NCBI GenBank assembly: GCA_943789005.1
Contig: CALSSL010000002.1
Coordinates: 27,015-91,014 of the forward strand
Direction of reading: 5' to 3'
Origin: an uncultured SAR86 cluster bacterium
GTDB lineage: Bacteria; Pseudomonadota; Gammaproteobacteria; Magnimaribacterales; D2472
DNA length: 64,000 bases
Below the pieces are notes generated by a model. It had not been told where the DNA came from and ran no database searches. It saw only the letters and a list, made by a program, of their open reading frames with translations. A program made the position numbers and the translations under genes. Shown here in pieces: positions 31,937 through 41,414 of the stretch (positions are counted from its first letter, which is position 1; each line of letters opens with the position of its first letter).

Positions 31937-33715
31937 ATGCACATACATTCTTATTTTCAAAGCCTTAATATTTTCAAGAAAATATTGTTATCTGTTTTTA
32001 TATTCCTCATATACTCTGTAAATATATCAGCACAATCCTATGAAGCTATCGGGACAGTCAATCCTAGTGATTATGAGCCTGCTCAAAAAAATATAGCACA
32101 AGGCAAAAATGGTATGGTTACAACTCAGCATTTTTTAGCTACAGCAGTAGGAGAAAAAATTCTTAATAACGGAGGTAATGCATATGATGCAGCTATTGCT
32201 GTTGGTTTCACATTAGCAGTAGTTCTTCCACGAGCTGGAAATATTGGCGGAGGAGGTTTTATGGTAATGCATGATTCTGCTTTAAATAAACAATTCTCAA
32301 TTGATTTTAGAGAAAAGGCACCGATAGATGCTGATAAAGATATGTACCTAAATACAGATGGTACATTTAATGATCAAAAATTATCAACATTTGGATACCT
32401 TGCAAGCGGAGTGCCGGGAACAGTGGCGGGTCTTTGGGAGGTTCATTCAAAGTTTGGATCATTAGAATGGAGCAAGCTTCTAGAAGATGCTATTTACTAT
32501 GCTGAAAATGGTTTTGATATAACCCCATACCTTTCTAACATATTAATTAAATATGAATCAAAATTATCTTTTTATCCAGAGACACAAAAAATATTCCTGA
32601 AACATAATCCAAATTTTAAAAATAAAAAATTAGTACAAAAAGATTTAGCTAACACATTAAAATTAATAGCTAAATATGGTAGAGATGGTTTCTATCAAGG
32701 CTCTGTTGCTCAAAAAATACATACTCAAATGCAATTAAATGGTGGCTTAATAACAAAAAATGATTTAAAAAATTATCAACCAGTTTGGAGGACTCCACTA
32801 AAATCAACCTATAGAGATACTGAAATTATTACTATGGGACCTCCGTCTTCTGGTGGAGTTCATGTTATTCAAATGCTAAATATTCTTGAGAACTATGATC
32901 TTTCAGAGTTTAAACATAATTCATCTGAATATATAAATCTCCTAACAGAAACTATGAAATATGCATATGCTGATAGATCTAAGTATCTTGGTGATCCTGA
33001 TTATTATGAAGTACCTGTATCTCAAATTATTAGCAAAGATTATGCCAGAGCTATAAATAAAAATATTAAGATTGGAAGTGTGACACCGTCTTCTGAAATT
33101 TATCCTGGCACATTTGATGATTATGAAAGTAATGAGACTACGCATTTTTCAGTTGTTGATAGAGATGGGAATGCTGTGTCCTCCACATATACACTTAATT
33201 CTACATTTGGATCTGGAGTCGTTATAAAAGATACTGGTATTCTCATGAATAATGAAATGGACGATTTTGCTGCTGCACCTGGAATACCTAACCAGTTTGG
33301 TCTTCTTGGATCTGAAGCTAATGAGATAGTTCCAGGTAAAAGGCCGTTGAGTTCCATGACACCAACAATAGTTATGAAAAATAATAATTTATATTTCACA
33401 ACCGGAAGTCCAGGCGGATCCAGAATAATTACTGCTGTTTTGCAATCAATTATTAATATTGTTGACTATGGTATGAATCTTGAAGATGCTAACGCAGCAA
33501 TACGTATTCATCATCAATGGCAACCTGATTTACTTCAAATTGAATCATTTATCGACCCGGAACTAAAAAATCAGCTACTCAGACTAAAATACAATATAAA
33601 GATCATAAACCCAGCTACATGTCTTCAAACTATAATGTATAAAGATAATATGTATTATGGCTATGGAGATTTTAGAAGGCCGGACGCGTTTGCATCAGGA
33701 GAAATACATGATTGA
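31937..33715 (+). CDS. ggt: Gamma-glutamyltransferase
   Basis: GGNAYDAA, GNIGGGGF, DFRE, ETTHFS (catalytic Thr), NNEMDDF, KRPLSSMTP. Confidence 0.95.
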   Translation: MHIHSYFQSLNIFKKILLSVFIFLIYSVNISAQSYEAIGTVNPSDYEPAQKNIAQGKNGMVTTQHFLATAVGEKILNNGGNAYDAAIAVGFTLAVVLPRAGNIGGGGFMVMHDSALNKQFSIDFREKAPIDADKDMYLNTDGTFNDQKLSTFGYLASGVPGTVAGLWEVHSKFGSLEWSKLLEDAIYYAENGFDITPYLSNILIKYESKLSFYPETQKIFLKHNPNFKNKKLVQKDLANTLKLIAKYGRDGFYQGSVAQKIHTQMQLNGGLITKNDLKNYQPVWRTPLKSTYRDTEIITMGPPSSGGVHVIQMLNILENYDLSEFKHNSSEYINLLTETMKYAYADRSKYLGDPDYYEVPVSQIISKDYARAINKNIKIGSVTPSSEIYPGTFDDYESNETTHFSVVDRDGNAVSSTYTLNSTFGSGVVIKDTGILMNNEMDDFAAAPGIPNQFGLLGSEANEIVPGKRPLSSMTPTIVMKNNNLYFTTGSPGGSRIITAVLQSIINIVDYGMNLEDANAAIRIHHQWQPDLLQIESFIDPELKNQLLRLKYNIKIINPATCLQTIMYKDNMYYGYGDFRRPDAFASGEIHD

Positions 33716-33794
33716 TAAGCTAATGGTAATCTCAGCATATGGCATTCCAGCTATAATTTTGCTAGTTGTATGTTTTTGGATAACTAGAAAGTAG
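33708..33794 (+). CDS. Small 28-aa single-TM protein
   Basis: MIDKLMVISAYGIPAIILLVVCFWITRK; AGGAG RBS; overlaps the ggt stop and ends 10 nt before gspO. Confidence 0.6.
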   Translation: MIDKLMVISAYGIPAIILLVVCFWITRK

Positions 33795-33804
33795 TTATTT
33801 CCTT

Positions 33805-34608
33805 ATGGATATCTTTTTAATACTATTATTAAGTATCATTTTTTTATCAATTGGTAGTTTTAGTTCTGTTTTAATTCATAGGCTGATCCTCATAGAATTT
33901 GAGGATACCGATATTAATCTCTTTTATCCACGATCTCACTGTACAAGTTGTGGTAAACAATTATCGTTAATAAATATAGTCCCGTTAATTGGATATATCC
34001 TTCAAAAAGGACGATGTATTAATTGCGATAGATCAATTTCAATAACATATGTATTACATGAAATTACTCATCTATCAGTAGGATTAAGTATTTATTTTTT
34101 TGAAGGATTTTCATATTTTACTTCAATAATATATCTACTATTTTCTATATATTATGTGCTTTTAGTTTGTGATTTGAAGAAATTTTATTTACCCTTCTAT
34201 CTCAATATATCAATTTTATTGATTGCCGCTTTTTCTTCATTCTATCAAATAATTTTAATACCTAATTACGGTTTCTTAACTATTTCTAATATTTCTTTAT
34301 CGCTAATAGGTTTTCTTTTGGGATATTTCTTTCTTTGGTCTATAAATTTTATATATAAGTTATTTAGGGAAAGGGATGGAATTGGTGGTGGTGATTTTAT
34401 TTTGCTTGGTGGGATTGGTTCAGTTGTTGGACCATTATCAATTGCCCCAGTAATACTGTTAGGGTCAATATCTACACTCATAATAATGTTTTTCAATTAT
34501 AAAAAATATTCAAAAGAACTACCTTTGGGTGCTGGTTTAATCTTAGGTTTATTTTCTTATGGAATTTTGAAATATTTTGAACTATTTCCAGCCATTTATG
34601 TCATATAA
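33805..34608 (+). CDS. gspO: Prepilin peptidase A24
   Basis: IGSF, PRSHCTSC, GRCINC, GIGGGD, LPLG. Confidence 0.9.
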   Translation: MDIFLILLLSIIFLSIGSFSSVLIHRLILIEFEDTDINLFYPRSHCTSCGKQLSLINIVPLIGYILQKGRCINCDRSISITYVLHEITHLSVGLSIYFFEGFSYFTSIIYLLFSIYYVLLVCDLKKFYLPFYLNISILLIAAFSSFYQIILIPNYGFLTISNISLSLIGFLLGYFFLWSINFIYKLFRERDGIGGGDFILLGGIGSVVGPLSIAPVILLGSISTLIIMFFNYKKYSKELPLGAGLILGLFSYGILKYFELFPAIYVI

Positions 34609-34613
34609 GTATA

Positions 34614-34685
34614 GACCTTTGAATATCCTCTTTTATTCATAATCCCCTAGGTCGCTTAAAGCAGGTATAACTACCTGCTTTTTTT
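34614..34685 (+). ncRNA. Candidate structured RNA with CU-rich unpaired segments
   Basis: GACCT/AGGTC stem, inner TGAATA/TATTCA hairpin with TCCTCTTT loop, unpaired AATCCCCT, then terminator. Confidence 0.35.
34658..34685 (+). terminator. Rho-independent terminator (possibly bidirectional)
   Basis: AAAGCAGGTA-TAAC-TACCTGC-T7 between convergent gspO and tRNA. Confidence 0.88.
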
Positions 34686-34729
34686 ATGCAGATAGTATAA
34701 ATAAAAACTTTTTAACTAGATATTTCGAA

Positions 34730-34804
34730 TGGAGCGGGTAGAGAGGATCGAACTCTCATCAAAAGGTTGGAAACCTCTTATAATAGCCATTATACGATAC
34801 CCGC
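34730..34804 (-). tRNA. tRNA-Gly (TCC)
   Basis: GCGGGTATCGTATAATGG...AGAGG-TTTCCAA-CCTTT...GTTCGATCC...TACCCGCTCCA; cloverleaf with encoded CCA. Confidence 0.95.
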
Positions 34805-34890
34805 TTGAGAGCAATTATAGTAAAAAAAACTTGTAATATCTCTATCTTTTATGAATTAAATAATTTTTTTAAAAGATTTTAGTAAAAAAA

Positions 34891-35637
34891 TTAAAATAAG
34901 TTATATCCCTTATATTTTTTTGCATCTATGCATGTAGCATTCTCATTGAACTCATCTTTAATTTCTATAGCATCTTTTTGATTAATCCAATTTTTTATAA
35001 GATTAGATTGATAATCTCTATCATAAAAAGAATTGATCCATACAAAATCATTATTGAATGAATTATCCTCAACGAAGGATATAGAATATGCAGAATCAAG
35101 TTTTTTAATATTATTTATAAACCTATTAACTGAAATTTGAAAAGTGCCAAAATTATATCCATCATTGTATGAGCATCTTAAAATTTCGATATTTATAAAA
35201 CCATTTTTATTAAGAAGATCTAGATTACTAATTAAATCCAGGGCTTTGTTTTGATAAATAGCAAACGAACAGTTTGCAATATTGTCAAAGCCGTCAGATT
35301 TTATTTCATCAATAAAATTCTTTACGCCTATGTGATTAGCTTTTGATGAAACTGAGATTAAGAAATTTTTTACACTAGTGCTGTTTTCAGGAAATAAAAC
35401 TGAAACAGTTAATTTATCACTCTTAGTCAAAATTGAATATTTGTTTGAATTGTTTGAAAAAAATGACTCTAAACTAATAAGAGATAAGTCCTTATTTAGG
35501 CTACAGTTAAATAGATCAAGATTGTGGGTGAAGTTAGGCTCTATTAACGTACTTAATTTTATTTTATTAAGAGCTTTGTCATTCTCACAAGAGACTATGA
35601 AAAATATTAATATTAAAATAGTAATTGGTCTTAGCAT
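34891..35637 (-). CDS. Hypothetical lipoprotein
   Basis: Lipobox IVSC; two similar halves, each with a Cys near both ends. Confidence 0.7.
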   Translation of the reverse strand: MLRPITILILIFFIVSCENDKALNKIKLSTLIEPNFTHNLDLFNCSLNKDLSLISLESFFSNNSNKYSILTKSDKLTVSVLFPENSTSVKNFLISVSSKANHIGVKNFIDEIKSDGFDNIANCSFAIYQNKALDLISNLDLLNKNGFINIEILRCSYNDGYNFGTFQISVNRFINNIKKLDSAYSISFVEDNSFNNDFVWINSFYDRDYQSNLIKNWINQKDAIEIKDEFNENATCIDAKKYKGYNLF

Positions 35638-35662
35638 ATTATAAATATTGTTATACTGAATT

Positions 35663-36670
35663 ATGCATAAATATATTCAATCATTTTTTACACTTCTTAT
35701 AGTATTAACAAATACAAATTTTATCATAGCAGATACTTATAAAATTGCTTTTGGATCTTGTCTTGATCAGGATTATCCACAGCCAATTTGGAATTCAATT
35801 AAAAAAGAAGGGATTGATACTTTTATTTTTCTTGGTGATAACGTTTATGGAGATGTTCCTTCTGGGCATTTAGATAAAATGAAAAAGGCATATTCTAAAC
35901 AAAAGAAAATGATTCCGAAATGGTTATTTGATATAGATTTGCATGTGATATGGGATGATCATGACTATGGTATTAATGATGGAGGGGGAACTTATTCCTT
36001 GAAAGAAAATGCTCAAGACATGTATCTAGACTTCTGGAATATACCCACAAATGATATCAGAAGAACAAGAGCAGGAATATATACAAATAAAATGATTAAT
36101 ATTGATGGGTTCAAAGTTCATCTTATTCTTCTCGATACTAGATATTTCAGGTCTGATTTATATAAAACAATAGGAATAAGTCCTGTGTACAAAAAAAATA
36201 TAAGCCCAGACGCAACTATCTTAGGTCAAGATCAGTGGGCTTGGTTAGAGGAAACTATCAACAAAAAAGCAGACTTAGTAATTATTTCAACTTCAATACA
36301 GTTACTGGCAACCTCTCATAGATTTGAAAAATGGTCTAATTTTCCTCATGAACATATAAGAATGAAAAGATTATTGAAACAATCAAAAATTCCAGTATTA
36401 ATTGTTTCGGGTGATAGACATCAGGGTGCTATTTATGAAGAAGATAATTTATTTGAAATTACATCTTCATCACTTAACAAGGCATTATCACCATCAAAAT
36501 TTATTGGAAGACCAAAAGAAATTGATGATGCAATGGTTGGTGATATGTATTCAGGTGAAAACTATGGTTTGATTACCATTGATACTGAAAAAAAAGAATA
36601 TCTAATTGAATTAAAGGACTTGAAAGGTCAAAAAGTTAGAGAGTTATTAGTACCTCTGAGTGCAAATTAA
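35663..36670 (+). CDS. phoD: Alkaline phosphatase D family protein
   Basis: IAFGSC, LGDNVYGD, WDDHDYG, LDTRYFR, SGDRH, EITSS. Confidence 0.9.
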   Translation: MHKYIQSFFTLLIVLTNTNFIIADTYKIAFGSCLDQDYPQPIWNSIKKEGIDTFIFLGDNVYGDVPSGHLDKMKKAYSKQKKMIPKWLFDIDLHVIWDDHDYGINDGGGTYSLKENAQDMYLDFWNIPTNDIRRTRAGIYTNKMINIDGFKVHLILLDTRYFRSDLYKTIGISPVYKKNISPDATILGQDQWAWLEETINKKADLVIISTSIQLLATSHRFEKWSNFPHEHIRMKRLLKQSKIPVLIVSGDRHQGAIYEEDNLFEITSSSLNKALSPSKFIGRPKEIDDAMVGDMYSGENYGLITIDTEKKEYLIELKDLKGQKVRELLVPLSAN

Positions 36671-36736
36671 GACATAATTTTTTTGAATTATAAATTTAAT
36701 ACCGTATTTATATTAATTTTGCTAAATTGAAAGAGT

Positions 36737-38231
36737 ATGAAATCATTACTGTTAATTTTTCCTGATCAGTTATCAAAGAATAATAAAGTCTTTGAGCGCT
36801 TAGATGAGCAGAATCTACTACTTATGTATGAACCTCATGATAGTTTTTATGAGATTGCACATCATAAACATAAATTAGTATTTCAAATTAGTTCTTTTAG
36901 GCATTTTATCGAACAAATTCAATATAAAAATATTAAACATGAAAAAATATCCAAAGAGTCTCCTAAACTAATAGATTATCTCTCTAGCTTGCATTCTAAA
37001 GACCCCTTTTCGTCTCTTTGTGTTTCAAAGCCATCGGAATATAAAACCTTAAAAGACTTAATGTATTTTTGTCAGTCCTCAGGAGTTAACTTAGAGGTTT
37101 TTGAAGATAACAATTTTATTACTACTGATGAGGATTATAAATATTGGGCAAAAGATAAAAAATCAACAATTCAAGAATTTTATTACAGATGGTTAAGAAA
37201 GAAATTTAATATTCTAATGGATGAGAATTCTAAGCCCGTAGGTGGAAAATGGAATTTTGATAAAGAAAACAGGCAAAGCATTTCTAAACTTAAATCAGAT
37301 ATTCCTAATAGAAATAATATTATTACAGATCAAATTACTCTGGAGGTAATGATAGAGGTTGAGGAGATTTTTAATCTATCTCATGGTGATCTTGAAAATT
37401 TCAACTGGGCTGTTACTCATAAAGGTGCCTGGGATCAATTTAATATATTTATTGATAAATACTTGCCTCATTTTGGGTCTTTTCAGGACGCAATTAATAA
37501 AGATAGTGCTTTTATGTTTCACTCCTTGTTGTCTCCATATTTCAATTCAGGCTTGCTAGATCCGCTTCAGTGTATAAGTGAAGTTGAGAAGAAATATTTT
37601 GAATCAAAAGATGCTATACCCATTAACTCTAGTTGAGGGTTTTATAAGACAAGTTCTTGGTTGGAGAGAATTTATAATGGGTGTGTATTGGGACAATATG
37701 CCTCAATATAAACAACAAAATTTTTGGAATCATAAAAAAGAATTATCAGAATCTTGGTATACAGGTGAAACTGGTATACCTCCTTTGGATGGTGCTATAA
37801 AAGAATCTATTAATCTTGGTTATACCCATCACATTAATCGATTAATGATTATCTCAAATTTAATGAACCTATCTGGTATAAATCCTGATGCTATTCATAA
37901 ATGGTTTATGGAGATGTATGTAGACTCAGCAGATTGGGTCATGGTTCCTAATGTCTATGGGATGGGGACTTTTGCTGATGGCGGTATCTTTTCTACAAAA
38001 CCATATATTTGCGGTTCAAGCTATATGCTAAGAATGTCTAACTATAAAAAAGGTGAATGGTGTGATGTTGTTGATGGTCTTTACTGGAGGTTTATAGAAA
38101 ATAATCTTAATTTTTTTAAAACCAATCCAAGACTTTCATTAATGGTAAATGCTTTAACAAAGCTCGATCCTGAAAGAAAAAAAATAATTTTAAGCAAAGC
38201 AGAAGAGTTTATTGCAGGTAACACAAATTAA
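36737..38231 (+). CDS. Cryptochrome/photolyase, PhrB/CryPro (6-4) type (frameshift near 37630)
   Basis: PDQL, HHKHKL, GGKWNFDKENR, FGSFQDA, HSLLSPY, EGFIRQVLGWREF, HHINRLM, KPY. Confidence 0.88.
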
Positions 38232-39088
38232 TTAATAGAATTAATATCTTGAAGTAATATTTTTGCTGCTACTGGAGTCATTTTTCTATAGTCATGACTG
38301 ACTCCATCTATAACTTTAAAGCTCCATCTAAAGGGGATGTTATTGGTATCTGCAATGTTTACCAATGATTTAAAATAAGTGTTTGCCCTATCCACTCTTG
38401 TAATCCCTTGTCTCATAGCACCTTTTGATGAATTTACATTATTTAATTTAGTATCATTGTTACCAATTAATAAAGAAGCCTTATTAGACATAAACCATTT
38501 AATATGATCGTTTGAAATATCTATTGGTGTATTCTTAATACCATATGGAAAATTTTCTTCATTTAAAAATGTATACCAGCCTGCATTTGCAATAACAGCA
38601 TTTGAAATTCTTCTATCATCACTTAGTAACATATATCTATGAGTAAATTGAGCTCCAGCAGAGTGACCAAACATCTTATATTTATTAGTATCTAATGAGT
38701 ACTTACTTTTAAAAAAATTAAAAAATGAAGATATAGATTTATTGATGTATTCATCTGAATTTTTATTTATTTCTCCAGTTGACGTTGCGGATTCTAAGAG
38801 AAAAAAATACCTAAAGTTTTTTTTATCAAACCTGGGTGCAACCACAATTATATTTTTATTTTCTATAAATGGTTTCCATGCTGAAATATAATCTTCGGCA
38901 TTTCTGTTATTTCCATGAATAACAAACAATATTTGGGTATTTATATCTATTTTTTTAGGTGTTAAGTAAAAAATTTCAACATCAGGCTTGTCCCAATAGG
39001 CAAATGTAGTTTGTTTAATCTCTGTAGAATTTAAATAAGATGTTAATGAGAATAAAAGAAATATTAATGCTGTATAGAAATTTTTCAT
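38228..39088 (-). CDS. Secreted alpha/beta hydrolase
   Basis: Signal peptide, VIHG, FGHSAGAQF nucleophile elbow, GVSH. Confidence 0.8.
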   Translation of the reverse strand: MKNFYTALIFLLFSLTSYLNSTEIKQTTFAYWDKPDVEIFYLTPKKIDINTQILFVIHGNNRNAEDYISAWKPFIENKNIIVVAPRFDKKNFRYFFLLESATSTGEINKNSDEYINKSISSFFNFFKSKYSLDTNKYKMFGHSAGAQFTHRYMLLSDDRRISNAVIANAGWYTFLNEENFPYGIKNTPIDISNDHIKWFMSNKASLLIGNNDTKLNNVNSSKGAMRQGITRVDRANTYFKSLVNIADTNNIPFRWSFKVIDGVSHDYRKMTPVAAKILLQDINSIN

Positions 39089-39156
39089 AGATTCATTTTA
39101 GCAATGAAATTATTTAATAGGTTAAAATGCACAGAAAATTAAATACATAATTATCA

Positions 39157-40260
39157 ATGCTGGAAAGAACCAATCTAATTAAAAAGATACATGAATCTAA
39201 ATATAAATTAGTGTATGTGTCTAGTGGAGGTGGTACTAACGCGGTTTCATCATTTTTAAAAGTTCCTGGTGCAAGTAATACTGTTTTAGAGTCATACATA
39301 CCCTACTCTAAAAAATCTATGGATATTTTTCTTAATAAAAAACCAGATCATTATTGCTCTTTAAGTACATGCCTCAGCATGTCTGCAAATGCATATAAAA
39401 AATGTATTCAAATAGAGCAAGATATTAATACTAAATACTTAATTGGAGTTGCAGTTACTGCTAGTTTAGCCACTACATACAACAAAATTGGTCAACATAA
39501 ATTTTTTATAGCTATTCAAACTGAATCATATACAAAAAGCGTCTCATGTATATTAGAAAAAGGTAAAAGAACTAGAGAGGAAGAGGAAGAGCTTATTACA
39601 GAATATGTCTTAAGCTTAATTGCAGAAAGTTGTGGTATAAAAAAAGCTCTACCAATTCATGATGAGAATATAGAAATACAAGAAACCCAAGCTAAAAGAT
39701 CATGGAAAAAACTGCTAAATAATAAGATTAATTTTGTTTCTAGCGATAAATCTACTCCTGAATTAATTTTCCCAGGTTCATTTAACCCTCTCCATGACGG
39801 TCATCTAAAAATGAGAGAACTTGCAGAAAAGAAAACAGGCATGAGAGCAACTTTTGAAATATGTGCAAAAAATGCTGACAAACCACCTTTAACGTTTCAT
39901 GAAATCAAAAGAACACTAGATCAATTTAATGAAAATGATAGTTGGGTAATGACTTCAGCCGGAAGATTTAGTGAAAAAGCTGAAATGTTTCCCAATAGTG
40001 TATTTATAATTGGTGCCGATACATTAGTGAGAGTCTTTGATGAGAAATTTTATTTAAACAAAAGAGATATGATTAATCATATTGAAAGATTTAATGATCA
40101 TAATGTTCATTTTCTAGTTTTTGGAAGAAAAGTTGATAATAAATTTATTTCATTAAGAGATATCTCGATACCAGAAAATATCAGAAAAAGATGCACTGGA
40201 TTTGACGAAGCAAGCTTCAGGGATGATATTTCTTCAACAGCACTAAGGCTAGAAAACTAA
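39157..40260 (+). CDS. CinA-like domain fused to HxGH nucleotidyltransferase domain
   Basis: VPGASNTVLE..PYS at the N-terminus; FPGSFNPLHDGH, IGADT, DISST at the C-terminus. Confidence 0.75.
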   Translation: MLERTNLIKKIHESKYKLVYVSSGGGTNAVSSFLKVPGASNTVLESYIPYSKKSMDIFLNKKPDHYCSLSTCLSMSANAYKKCIQIEQDINTKYLIGVAVTASLATTYNKIGQHKFFIAIQTESYTKSVSCILEKGKRTREEEEELITEYVLSLIAESCGIKKALPIHDENIEIQETQAKRSWKKLLNNKINFVSSDKSTPELIFPGSFNPLHDGHLKMRELAEKKTGMRATFEICAKNADKPPLTFHEIKRTLDQFNENDSWVMTSAGRFSEKAEMFPNSVFIIGADTLVRVFDEKFYLNKRDMINHIERFNDHNVHFLVFGRKVDNKFISLRDISIPENIRKRCTGFDEASFRDDISSTALRLEN

Positions 40261-40270
40261 AAAATAACTC

Positions 40271-40465
40271 TTAACTATGAGGCGGAAGTTTTGCCTCAAC
40301 AAACCATTCGTGAACTCTTTTAGCTGGATTGAATTTCTTCATTCTCATCTTCTTATTTTCAAGAGTGAACTTCCTAGTTTTAATAGCTGTATAGTGATAC
40401 GTATGACTATCACGTGTTTCACCCTCAGGTATTAAATATACTTTTGTTTGTTTTTTATCTGCCAT
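40271..40465 (-). CDS. rpmG: 50S ribosomal protein L33 (Cys-free, extended)
   Basis: YHYTAIK..KMRMKKFNP..RVHEWFVEAK matches the L33 pattern. Confidence 0.8.
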   Translation of the reverse strand: MADKKQTKVYLIPEGETRDSHTYHYTAIKTRKFTLENKKMRMKKFNPAKRVHEWFVEAKLPPHS

Positions 40466-40527
40466 TATGGTGAGGAATTATACACAAAAAAAATAAAATA
40501 AACATAAACAGAAATAAGATTTATTTA

Positions 40528-41412
40528 TTAAAATTTTATCTTCTCATCCTTATTCCAAATACCCCAATAAGCACCAACATCACCCTCTGCTTCTACTTTC
40601 CACGACTCATCAAATGATGAGAAATAAAACATATCAATATTTTCTTCTTTAGACCAAAGCTGAGCATCTATGAAATACTTAAGATAATTTCTATATGAAG
40701 GATGCGCCCCCCATAAGTCACTTCCTTTGCTTGGCCATCCAGTCTCTGTGATAATAACTTTTTTTCCATTAGAGGCTTTAATAGCTTCATTGTACATATC
40801 TTTCATGTACAGCAAAGAATACTCAGAAGCACAGCCTTCCCAAAATGGATAACAGTTTGCAAGAATAACATCACAAGCGTTGGTTATGCTGGGTCTGTCT
40901 CTAAACTCGTAGTAAGCATCAACATAACCCACCGGAATACTAGGAGTATTTGCTTTAACATGATCTATATAAGAAATTAACTGATGCTCTTCTAACTCTT
41001 TTCGATAAATAACTTCATTGCCTACTGCTGCTATATTTACCAAACCCTCACTTGATAATTTTAATAAGCCATCAATTTCTTTTTCGTTATTACTGAGGTC
41101 GTCTGATAACCATGCACCTACTAATGTTTTAAAACCCATATCTACAGCTATTTCGACAATTCTTGCATGCTCACTTATTGATGAAAAGGTTCTTATCCAA
41201 TCTGTGTAAGGCTTCAATATATTTAAACGTCTGATAATCTGCTCATCATTAACAAAGTCACCAGGTTGTTGTTCGTCTTCATATAAACTAAAACACAAGC
41301 CATGAATTTTACTTTCTAGGATTTCATTGCATAGTTCTTGCAACTCTCCGTCTTTTAAATCATCTAAATTAATACCTAGCAAGGATTTAATTTTTTCATC
41401 TCTTAAAGACAT
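40528..41412 (-). CDS. GH17 beta-1,3-glucanase (no signal peptide)
   Basis: WIRTFS, AVGNEV, ANCYPFWEG, ITETGWPS, FSSFDESWK, VGAYWG. Confidence 0.88.
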   Translation of the reverse strand: MSLRDEKIKSLLGINLDDLKDGELQELCNEILESKIHGLCFSLYEDEQQPGDFVNDEQIIRRLNILKPYTDWIRTFSSISEHARIVEIAVDMGFKTLVGAWLSDDLSNNEKEIDGLLKLSSEGLVNIAAVGNEVIYRKELEEHQLISYIDHVKANTPSIPVGYVDAYYEFRDRPSITNACDVILANCYPFWEGCASEYSLLYMKDMYNEAIKASNGKKVIITETGWPSKGSDLWGAHPSYRNYLKYFIDAQLWSKEENIDMFYFSSFDESWKVEAEGDVGAYWGIWNKDEKIKF

Positions 41413-41414
41413 AA

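Noticed and set aside
34730-34804. tRNA-Gly as integration site of an island
   Set aside because: No integrase and no duplicated tRNA 3' end seen in the window
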